NCBI GenBank assembly: GCA_045632465.1
Contig: JAZQWS010000344.1
Location: 1 to 43,443, forward strand
Length of the DNA stretch: 43,443 nucleotides
Direction: 5' to 3'
Origin: Eubacteriales bacterium
Lineage (GTDB): Bacteria; Bacillota; Clostridia; Oscillospirales; CAG-272
Each line of letters starts with the position of its first letter. Positions within the stretch are counted from its first letter, which is position 1. A program made the position numbers and the translations under genes. The notes under the pieces were generated by a model. The model was given only the letters and a program-made list of their open reading frames with translations, ran no database searches and had not been told where the DNA came from. This document shows positions 25,001 through 32,718 of this stretch, in pieces.

Positions 25001-26395
25001 ATGACAGCTGTTAAAACTACCGATCCCTTGTGCGGCAAGCCGAAAAGAGATCCGATTACCGAAGGCCCGCTGTTTTCCTCAATCCTCCTCTTCGTGATCC
25101 CCATCGTTCTCGCAAACGTGATGCAAACGCTTTTTAACGCCGTGGATATGGCGATGGTGAATTTCTTCTCGGTGGGCAACGAGGTTGCTTCCATCGGAAG
25201 CACAGGGCCGATTTTGCATCTTTTCAGAAATCTTTCTATCGGAATATCGGTCGGCACAAGTGTTCTGCTGGCGCGCTATCTGGGGGCGAAGGATGAGGAA
25301 AAGACGAAAAAAACCGTTTCTTCCTCGATTCTCGCCGCGCTTCTGATCGGTGTTTTGATTGCCGCCTTCAGCATTCCTTTGATGAAAACGCTTCTTACGA
25401 GGATGAACTGTCCGCCCGAGTGCTTTGAGGAGGCGTGGCTCTATGCCGTTGTAAGCATGGCGGGTATGCCCGCGATCCTTCTCTATAACTACTGCTCTGC
25501 CATCCTGCGTGTTTCGGGAGACAGCAAGCGTCCGCTCTATTATATGCTTTGTTCGGGCGGTATCAACGTAGTTCTGAATCTTGTTTTTTGCATTCTCTTT
25601 GCTTCTAAAATTTTGGCCGTTGCGCTTGCAACGGTGCTCTCGCAGGCCATTGGCGCGGCACTCTCGCTTTTTCGCCTTTGCCGAGTGGAGGGATCTTGCC
25701 GTGTTTCGCTGAAAACCCTTCGCATGGATTTTCGCTATTTCTTTAAAATTCTGCGCTATGGACTTCCGAACGGAATTTGCCTCGCTCTCTTTGCGTTCTC
25801 CAATATCCTGATTTATTCGGCTTTGAATGAGTTCGGTGCAGCCACCGTTGCAGGTGAAAGCGCCGCCGCACAGCTGCAGGAGGTCAGTCTTGCCGTCAAT
25901 TCGGCTTTCCAGGTGGCCACGCAGACGTTTATTGGTCAGAATCTCGGCGCGGGAAATCCAAAGCGCGTGAAAAAGAGCTTCCTCTATTGCGGTGTTATGC
26001 TGTTTGCGATCACCTTCTCGCTGGGACTCTTTATGAATATATTTGCCGAGCAGCTGCTGTATCCTTTTGTAGGCACGAATCCGGAATCCATTTATTGCGG
26101 CAAGCTTTCGACCTTTTATCTCGCGTTCTTTTTCTTCCTGTATTCAACGCCGCTTCCTGCAACGATTCAAGCCTTTGGCTATCCAACGCTCCAGATGTCG
26201 GTCAACTTGACGGGCGTGCTGGGCTTCCGAACCGTTTGGATGACTTTTGTATACGGCAAGCTTTTGCCCAAGGCTTTGACCTCGATTTATTTTTGTTATC
26301 CCATCTCCTATGCGTTGCTGGATGCCGTTTATATTCCGATCGTGATCGTTCTTTTTGTAAAATATAAGAAAGGGCGCTTGAAAAAGGAGCTCTGA
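25001..26395 (+). CDS. MATE-family transporter, paralog 6 (most divergent)
   Basis: 464 aa from ATG 25001 (MTAVKTTDPLCGKPKRDPITEGPLFSS). The track ORF start at 24896 overlaps paralog 5 and is rejected. NEVASIG, NCPPEC, LRVSGDSKRPLYYM, GQNLGAGNPKRVK, KYKKGRLKKEL. Confidence 0.88.
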   Translation: MTAVKTTDPLCGKPKRDPITEGPLFSSILLFVIPIVLANVMQTLFNAVDMAMVNFFSVGNEVASIGSTGPILHLFRNLSIGISVGTSVLLARYLGAKDEEKTKKTVSSSILAALLIGVLIAAFSIPLMKTLLTRMNCPPECFEEAWLYAVVSMAGMPAILLYNYCSAILRVSGDSKRPLYYMLCSGGINVVLNLVFCILFASKILAVALATVLSQAIGAALSLFRLCRVEGSCRVSLKTLRMDFRYFFKILRYGLPNGICLALFAFSNILIYSALNEFGAATVAGESAAAQLQEVSLAVNSAFQVATQTFIGQNLGAGNPKRVKKSFLYCGVMLFAITFSLGLFMNIFAEQLLYPFVGTNPESIYCGKLSTFYLAFFFFLYSTPLPATIQAFGYPTLQMSVNLTGVLGFRTVWMTFVYGKLLPKALTSIYFCYPISYALLDAVYIPIVIVLFVKYKKGRLKKEL

Positions 26396-26408
26396 GAAGG
26401 AGAAAAAT

Positions 26409-27167
26409 ATGATTCATTCCATTCTTGTTATCGGTCAGTCCAATGCGGGCGGCCGCGGCTTTGCCTCTGAGGTTGAACCGATAGAAAATGCAGATGAGAG
26501 CATCAAGGTGCTTCGCAACGGGCGCTGGATTCCGATGTATACTCCCGTCAATCCTGACAGAAGAACCTCGGGCGTGAATCTTGTGGAGAGCTTTGCGGCT
26601 CGTTATCGCGAGGAAAAGGGCGTGCAGGTTGGCATTATCCCCTGCGCAGACGGCGGCACCTGCCTGGATCAATGGGCGGTTGGCGGTCTTCTTTTTGACC
26701 ACGCCTGCTATATGGCGGAGCTTGCAAGCCGCACCTCCACGATCGCGGCCGTTCTTTGGCATCAAGGCGAGAGCGATACCAGAGAGGATCGCGCCCCGCT
26801 TTACGAAGAAAAGGTGATGAAAATTTTCGATGCCTTCAGAAAACGCCTGAACCTTTACGACGTTCCGTTTATCGTTGGCGGCCTCGGCGATTTTGTTTAT
26901 AATTTTTATCCGCCTGAACGCCATGATCATATCAAAATGGTAAACAATGCTTTGCAAAATCTTCCGAATAAGTATAAAATGATAGGTTTTGCATCCGCCG
27001 AGGGATTAACCTCTAATCCCGACAATTTGCATTTTTCCGCACCTGCTTTGCGCGAATTCGGCCTCCGCTATTACGAGGTGTTCAAAGCGCTTGAGGATAA
27101 AAACAAGGTCTTTGAGGAGAAGCCGGACGAGCTCGGCGCTATCCGCAACGAGATCGAATATTTGTAA
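26409..27167 (+). CDS. SGNH/DUF303-type carbohydrate esterase (sialate O-acetylesterase-like), short form, no signal peptide
   Basis: MIHSILVIGQSNAGGRG (GQSN block) and WHQGESD. Starts 13 nt after MATE-6 with GGAG as its SD. Confidence 0.75.
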   Translation: MIHSILVIGQSNAGGRGFASEVEPIENADESIKVLRNGRWIPMYTPVNPDRRTSGVNLVESFAARYREEKGVQVGIIPCADGGTCLDQWAVGGLLFDHACYMAELASRTSTIAAVLWHQGESDTREDRAPLYEEKVMKIFDAFRKRLNLYDVPFIVGGLGDFVYNFYPPERHDHIKMVNNALQNLPNKYKMIGFASAEGLTSNPDNLHFSAPALREFGLRYYEVFKALEDKNKVFEEKPDELGAIRNEIEYL

Positions 27168-27180
27168 GAGGAGAATTGTC

Positions 27181-28374
27181 ATGCAGTTTCATACCGAACC
27201 GAAAACCGTGGCCGAGGCTGCCGTTCTCGCAAGATGCCGCCGGCTGACAGAGTTTGTGTGGACGCCGGTGCGCGAGCTTCCGACCTACACACGCGATAAG
27301 GGAAGCTTCACGCTTCCTGCGGGCGTTCCCATCAAGGGGTTCCCGTATTCCTCCACCGAGAAAACCGACCAATTTATAACCGAAAATATTGCGATCCGTT
27401 CTTTTCTCTCCGCGATCGATAACCCCGACAGCAAGCTGTATCAGCCGGGGCAGGGGCAGTTTTATGCCTGCAATTTCGGCATTGTTTGTAACGGGCTTGC
27501 ACGCTATGCCTTGGGCATTCCGTATCGCGTGAGCACCGCAAGATGGGAAACCATCCCGGGGATGCGCCGCGTGGCGGACAGAGGGTGCTATAAGGCGGAG
27601 GATATCCGTCTGCTCGACGTTCTGTATGCCTTTGGCGAGGGCAGAAATCACGTGGCGATGATCACGGATATCGTTAAGGACGAAAAAGGAAATATCCTCT
27701 CGATCGAGGTTTCGGATGCGATCCGCCCCTCCTGCGCAAGGAGGAGCTTCACGCCCGAGGCATTCTTTGAAAAATGGGCGCTTTTCCATTTGGATCGCTA
27801 TGATTATTTGGAGAGTGTTCCGCTTTTGGATGCGGAAACCGATGCGCTTTTGGATAACTTCCGTCAGAGTGAAAAGCCTCCGCGCATCGCGGTGGATAAC
27901 GGTGATTTTTCCAATTATCGCCTCGGCGAGGATGTTTTGCTTTCCACCTTTTTGGAAGGGGCAGACGAAGTGGAGCTGATCTCGGAGGGCGCGGTTTTGG
28001 AAACCTACAAGGTGTTTGGCCACGCGATGATCACCCTTGCGCCAAAGCGCGGATATTACGAGCTCCGCCTGAAAAGCACGGGCGAGTGTGTGCATTTTGC
28101 CGTTGTCGGCGCGAAAACGAGCTATGAAGCAGAGGATGGCCTTATCACCGTCACCGCAGACCCCTGTGATAAAAAAAGCGAGATCCATTATATGGATTTC
28201 CGCATTTCCGGAGAAAGTCCCAGCGCCCTTGCAAAATACGAGGTGCTGACGGAGGAGGAAAAGGCGCGCGGCGTGATCACGCGCAAGATTCCATCGGACG
28301 CGGGCAGCTTCAAGGTGTACTACAGAAACACTTACGGGATCTGGACGCATCCGCTGACACCCATCGAAAAATAA
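27181..28374 (+). CDS. hypothetical protein (397 aa), last gene of the MATE operon
   Basis: GAGGAG SD then ATG 27181, 13 nt after the esterase stop. Ordinary amino-acid composition. I cannot name a family. Possible Cys/His pair (FGIVCNGLARYAL ... GRNHVAMITDIV). The track start at 27091 overlaps the esterase gene and is rejected. Confidence 0.6.
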   Translation: MQFHTEPKTVAEAAVLARCRRLTEFVWTPVRELPTYTRDKGSFTLPAGVPIKGFPYSSTEKTDQFITENIAIRSFLSAIDNPDSKLYQPGQGQFYACNFGIVCNGLARYALGIPYRVSTARWETIPGMRRVADRGCYKAEDIRLLDVLYAFGEGRNHVAMITDIVKDEKGNILSIEVSDAIRPSCARRSFTPEAFFEKWALFHLDRYDYLESVPLLDAETDALLDNFRQSEKPPRIAVDNGDFSNYRLGEDVLLSTFLEGADEVELISEGAVLETYKVFGHAMITLAPKRGYYELRLKSTGECVHFAVVGAKTSYEAEDGLITVTADPCDKKSEIHYMDFRISGESPSALAKYEVLTEEEKARGVITRKIPSDAGSFKVYYRNTYGIWTHPLTPIEK

Positions 28375-28379
28375 AATAA

Positions 28380-28424
28380 AAACGGTTGCTAAATACCTTT
28401 CGGTGAAGAGCAACCGTTTTTTTG
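28380..28424. terminator. bidirectional intrinsic terminator between the two convergent operons
   Basis: A-run, then stem acggttgct (28383-28391) / agcaaccgt (28410-28418), then TTTTTT (28419-28424). Confidence 0.8.
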
Positions 28425-28437
28425 CTTGGATGGATCG

Positions 28438-30420
28438 TTAGTTTTTGATTTGAATTTTTGCAATCATAACATTGCTCTCGTAGCGATCGAAAATCTCGGG
28501 TATAACACGCTCCACCGGCTTTTTTGCAGGAATCACGAACCTGTAGTATCTACCGTCATCCATGTCCTCAAAATCGCAGGTGAAGATGGTTTCACGACAA
28601 TAGCCGAGATCTGCGGGACGACCGTCATCCTCAAAGGAAGTAACCTTTCCTTCCTCCTGAGCAGAATGCATCGGGCCGACATTTTCGCCCCAGAGGATCT
28701 CCACGCGCTCGTCGCTTCCGTCCTTGTAATAAATATGGTAATAACCAAGGCGGAACATATCATCGCTCGGGAATTCGCCGCAACCGTAATATCCGTGCTT
28801 GATCACAAGATTCGAGGTGTGCAGAATATCCACGTGCGAGCCACTGAGCACATCGCGGAAGCGATAATCGAAGGCAGAGGCGGCAGTCATAGCAAGCTCA
28901 AGGCCACGCTTCGTATCATCATATTCTCTGCTCCAAGCCATACGGGAGGCATATACCACGGAATCAAGGCGCATACCTCTTTGCATCTGCTTAAAGTCCG
29001 ATGCGCCCCAGCTGGAAACGCAAAAGCCCTTTGCGCCCATAGTGACTCTGGCATTCCACTGATCAAAGAGGATGCCGCTGAAGTTTCCGTACACCATCGG
29101 AAGCCCGTGAAGATGATAATCACGGTCGCCCTGCGGATAATACGACCAGTACCAGTTCATACAGATGATGTCCTTCGGGATCATACCGATGGCGGGATAG
29201 GTTTCCTCTTGCGTGCTACGAATTCTATCCGGAGGAAGGAGCGCAGTTTGCATAGGGGAAATAACATCTATTCCCTTCACCGCATATTCTTTGCCTTTGA
29301 AAGTAACCTTTTTGTCCGTTTCCTTAAACACGATCGTTTTATATGCACCACCCGCAGGCTGCCAGAACTTATTATAGCTATTGAGAAGCTTTTCCGACCA
29401 CATCATCGTACGGATGCCACGCTCCGCGAGATAGCCGTGGATCTTTTTGATATCATCGGCAAAAAGATCTGCGCCACGCTTACCCTTGCAACGAGGGCAA
29501 ACGCCGTATACGTAATATTCATCGTGGCCGATATGAAGCACCTTCGGCTCAAACACCTCGATCACCTCATCAAACACATCGAAAAGGATCTCATAGGACT
29601 TAGGATTCGAGGGACAATAGGTATCGGGCGCGGGATCATCGGGAGATTCGGCGATATCCTTTCTGCCTGCGATCAGATAATCCGCGTGAGAGAGGCAGGG
29701 CACCTCGGGGATTGGCTCAAGACCGCGCGCACGCGCATAGGCACAAATTTCCTTGACGGTTTTCTGAGAAAGGAATTTTCCGCCACCGTTTTCGATATGG
29801 ATCGAGTTTTTGCACCAATACTGCGTGAACATAAAATCCTTGGTTTTTCCGCTGTATTCAAAGAACTCCTTGCAATAATCCACCCAGAAATCATTGATCT
29901 CGGGATGCTTTTTGTATTCCATTGCACCTCCGATCTCAAGAACCAGAGCATTATAGCCGTAATGCATAAACATATCGAGCATATAATAGAATTCATCCAG
30001 TTTTTCCTCTGCGGGCAGATACATTTTTACGGCGCGGAATTCTACGAGCGGCTCGTTGTAAATATAACCCGTGCCGATCCCCTCTCTGTAGTGGGAGAAG
30101 AGCGTGCAAGCACCGTAGAGATGGCCGCGAGGATTGCTTGCATAAACGGTGATATATTCTGCCGTTATCTCTAAAAGATAGGCATCCTCTTTTTTCTCAA
30201 GGACTTCACCGAAGACAGAAATGACCTTTTTCTTTTCGTTTTCGCCAAACGAAAGAAAGCGAATGGCTTTGACAGAATTGCTTTTCTTTCCCGTGAGAAG
30301 AGAAGCCAGCGTTTTTTGAATCACGGAATTTTCGGTTTCCAAAACCGTGTCGGCATCCAAAAACACGGCCTCTGCAGAGAGCTTCACATAGGAATCTTTG
30401 AAATTTTGGTTAAAACTCAT
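28438..30420 (-). CDS. GH20-like glycoside hydrolase (beta-N-acetylhexosaminidase-like TIM barrel), no signal peptide
   Basis: 660 aa. FRAVKMYLP...GYNALVLEIGGAMEY and LHIGHDEYY resemble the GH20 catalytic-domain blocks (H-x-G-x-DE). Family assigned by eye only. Confidence 0.45.
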   Translation of the reverse strand: MSFNQNFKDSYVKLSAEAVFLDADTVLETENSVIQKTLASLLTGKKSNSVKAIRFLSFGENEKKKVISVFGEVLEKKEDAYLLEITAEYITVYASNPRGHLYGACTLFSHYREGIGTGYIYNEPLVEFRAVKMYLPAEEKLDEFYYMLDMFMHYGYNALVLEIGGAMEYKKHPEINDFWVDYCKEFFEYSGKTKDFMFTQYWCKNSIHIENGGGKFLSQKTVKEICAYARARGLEPIPEVPCLSHADYLIAGRKDIAESPDDPAPDTYCPSNPKSYEILFDVFDEVIEVFEPKVLHIGHDEYYVYGVCPRCKGKRGADLFADDIKKIHGYLAERGIRTMMWSEKLLNSYNKFWQPAGGAYKTIVFKETDKKVTFKGKEYAVKGIDVISPMQTALLPPDRIRSTQEETYPAIGMIPKDIICMNWYWSYYPQGDRDYHLHGLPMVYGNFSGILFDQWNARVTMGAKGFCVSSWGASDFKQMQRGMRLDSVVYASRMAWSREYDDTKRGLELAMTAASAFDYRFRDVLSGSHVDILHTSNLVIKHGYYGCGEFPSDDMFRLGYYHIYYKDGSDERVEILWGENVGPMHSAQEEGKVTSFEDDGRPADLGYCRETIFTCDFEDMDDGRYYRFVIPAKKPVERVIPEIFDRYESNVMIAKIQIKN

Positions 30421-30460
30421 AATGGGCTCCTTTTATCCTTTTTGTTTTTTCAGAAATACC

Positions 30461-31564
30461 TTATGCCTCTTCGATCTCGGAGAGCATCACCTTTTTGATC
30501 ACCGTTGCAGACAAAGGGAAGCCTGTTCCGTAGGAATGAAAATAGGAGCAGAGGAAGTAGTCTTTTCCCTCGAATACGGCGGAATAGCAATAGACTTCCT
30601 TGGGGTCATCCTCAAGGAGAAAGACCTTTGCCTTCGAGCTGAAGAAGAAGGGGCCAAGAAATTCCGTTCCCTTTCCGTTTGCGACGGCAAGAGCGAGCGG
30701 AGAACGCTCGCCGCAGCTCATAAAGGAATAATCGTTCAGAGGCGTTGGGGGAAGCGGATTCCAAACAGCAACCGTTCTTCCGTTCGTAATATGGCGCATA
30801 TGCATGGGGGAGCAGGGCGAGGTGAAAAACGGAGAAGGCTCGGGCGTTGAAAAGCTCTCGCCGCCGTCCTCAGATATGCAGATGAACTGCGAGCCGGCGT
30901 AGGTGCGCGAGTAGGCAAGTACCTTGCCGTCCTCAATTTCGAGAACGCCGGTTTCCTGCAGGCCTGCGGGATCGTTTTTTAATGGATTTTCCACGTGGCA
31001 GGATTTTTTAAAGCTTTTGCCGTCGTCGTCGGAATAATAAAGTTCAAAGCTGCCGCGAAGGCGCGGATTTCCGTCTTCATCGTAGGGATGCGCGTTTGTG
31101 GGGAGCAGAATACGTCCGGACGAAAGGCGGATCACGCGGGCGTTATTATTCACAGAGTATTTTGCGTCCGGTGTGCAATCGATCGGCTCGGAGAAATGTT
31201 CTCCATCCTTCGTTCTCGTCAGCATCGTATGCAGGCAGATCCTTCCGTCCTTTCCTAAGAATTTTTCTCCGTAGAACAAACCGATCTCGCCGTTTTGCAT
31301 CGGGAGAAAAGAGCTGAACATACGGTTAATGACGTTATCGGGTGTGGGAATCAATACACGGTAATCGCCGAAGCTTTCGCCCTCGTCCGAAGAAAAGATT
31401 GCGCTGATGCGCGCGGGCGAATGGTCGTGAGTGTTACTCGTATAGTGATCCGAGTAGGCGAACATAATTCTGCCGTCCGGCAGGCGAATAAAGTCGCCGC
31501 CGCCGTTTCGCGCGTTTTGCTTGGTGGGAACAATTGCATGCACCCGCCTTCCGATGATTTTCAT
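30461..31564 (-). CDS. BNR/Asp-box beta-propeller, sialidase (GH33)-family protein, paralog A1; no signal peptide
   Basis: Asp-boxes SSDEGESF, SDDDGKSF and SEDGGESF, plus an N-terminal IRLPDGRI (FRIP-like Arg motif). Alignable along its full length with 33892-35013. Confidence 0.75.
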   Translation of the reverse strand: MKIIGRRVHAIVPTKQNARNGGGDFIRLPDGRIMFAYSDHYTSNTHDHSPARISAIFSSDEGESFGDYRVLIPTPDNVINRMFSSFLPMQNGEIGLFYGEKFLGKDGRICLHTMLTRTKDGEHFSEPIDCTPDAKYSVNNNARVIRLSSGRILLPTNAHPYDEDGNPRLRGSFELYYSDDDGKSFKKSCHVENPLKNDPAGLQETGVLEIEDGKVLAYSRTYAGSQFICISEDGGESFSTPEPSPFFTSPCSPMHMRHITNGRTVAVWNPLPPTPLNDYSFMSCGERSPLALAVANGKGTEFLGPFFFSSKAKVFLLEDDPKEVYCYSAVFEGKDYFLCSYFHSYGTGFPLSATVIKKVMLSEIEEA

Positions 31565-31611
31565 ATGATGCTCCTTTTTGTTTTATTATGAAAAGTGCTT
31601 GAATGCCAAAA

Positions 31612-31712
31612 TCAGTTATAAGACCAAATTTTTTGGATGATCACGGATTGATCGCCGATCTTCTGATAATAAACGGTCAGAAATCTTCCGTCCGAAAGCT
31701 CCACCGTTACAG
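31612..31712 (-). pseudogene. orphan 3'-terminal fragment of a BNR-B type gene
   Basis: The minus strand reads TVELSDGRFLTVYYQKIGDQSVIIQKIWSYN*, matching the last roughly 30 codons of the 32719-33843 gene (...ATVELSDGRFLTVYYQKIGDQSVIIQKIWSYE*). There is no upstream coding continuation of that family. It begins right after the S8-like stop codon. Confidence 0.8.
31619..31708. repeat. 90-nt direct repeat, copy 1 (89/90 identical to 32726-32815)
   Basis: Base-by-base hand alignment at an offset of 1107 nt. The single mismatch is at 31680 (g) versus 32787 (a). Confidence 0.95.
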
Positions 31713-31731
31713 TTTTCTTGATCCGAATTTT

Positions 31732-32688
31732 TTAGTGCTCCATAATGAAGTCGATGGCTTTTTCAAGATTCAAGGCCTTGAAGGAAAGCCCGGTCACCTC
31801 ATCGGTGTATTCTTTTCCCGTGAGCTTGAAGATTGCCATAGCGGCCTCCGGCATGGTTGAGCCGTAATTTTGCCAAGGAAAAGCGGATTTTTCAACGGCC
31901 TCGCGCCAGAGCATGAAGGAGGCGGCGGCATAGGCGTTGGAGGAGGAGGTGAAATCGGCATGCACCAAAAGGTCGGTGTTGCTGAAACGGTCGTTATAAA
32001 CCTTTTCGTCCTTCACCGAGCCGATGGCATAGCAATTTTCCTGGCAGGCGGGCCAGGAGATGCCGTCCGTGTGTTGCAGATTTCCGCAGGGCGCGCTCAC
32101 CCAGATGTTCATTCTTCTCAAGCGCGCAAGCGAGGCGTCCAGCACGGTGGGGCAGGGCTCTGTGTGCGGAACGTCATCCAATGCCGAAAGATTCACGGCG
32201 GTGATATTGTATTTTTCCGCATTCTCTGCAACCCAATCCAAGGCTTTGGCAAGCGTTATGTCCTCGCCCTCGATTTTCGGCAAATGCACGATTGTGCAGG
32301 AGCGAATGTGCGCAACCCGATTGCGATATGCAATGCCGCAAAGCCCGTTGTAGCATAGAGAGGAAGGGTAGCCAACGGTTGTTCCGTGGTATCCGGGAGG
32401 TACGTGCGAGGGATCGTCATTTTCCTCATAAACGTTCCAAGAGGCGATCACCTTTTTGCCCCATGGATGCACCGTTTGCCATTCCGGCACGGTGAGGTTG
32501 CATCCATCGTCCGCGATTGCCAGGGTTTGCCCTTCGCCAAAGGAAAGGATGCCGTCGTATTTTTCCCAAACGCGGGTTGCGCCGATGGATTCGAAATGTG
32601 CTTTGTTATAAGGGGTACGTGCATTGTCGGCGGCATGCTCGGCCGCATCGATTTCGAGCCCCTTTTCGATTCCGCTTAAGCTGCGCAT
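31732..32688 (-). CDS. S8 (subtilisin-like) serine peptidase family protein, no signal peptide
   Basis: ESIGATRVWEKY...GEGQTLAIADDGCN (Asp region), GYHGTTVGY (His region), WVSAPCGN (oxyanion Asn region) and FTSSSNAYAAASF (degenerate GTSxA Ser region). Confidence 0.6.
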   Translation of the reverse strand: MRSLSGIEKGLEIDAAEHAADNARTPYNKAHFESIGATRVWEKYDGILSFGEGQTLAIADDGCNLTVPEWQTVHPWGKKVIASWNVYEENDDPSHVPPGYHGTTVGYPSSLCYNGLCGIAYRNRVAHIRSCTIVHLPKIEGEDITLAKALDWVAENAEKYNITAVNLSALDDVPHTEPCPTVLDASLARLRRMNIWVSAPCGNLQHTDGISWPACQENCYAIGSVKDEKVYNDRFSNTDLLVHADFTSSSNAYAAASFMLWREAVEKSAFPWQNYGSTMPEAAMAIFKLTGKEYTDEVTGLSFKALNLEKAIDFIMEH

Positions 32689-32718
32689 CGCTTTTTTGTC
32701 CTTTCTTGTTTCGTGCTT

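Noticed and set aside
27139-28413. 424-aa minus-strand ORF opposite the 397-aa hypothetical gene
   Set aside because: It would run through the terminator at 28380-28424 and against the operon. Its composition is Arg/His/Ala-biased. The plus-strand frame has an SD and tight coupling to the esterase gene.
28426-30174. 582-aa plus-strand ORF opposite the GH20-like gene
   Set aside because: It begins inside the bidirectional terminator and has an Ile/Arg/His-heavy composition with no motifs. The minus-strand frame carries the GH20-like blocks and fits the operon spacing.
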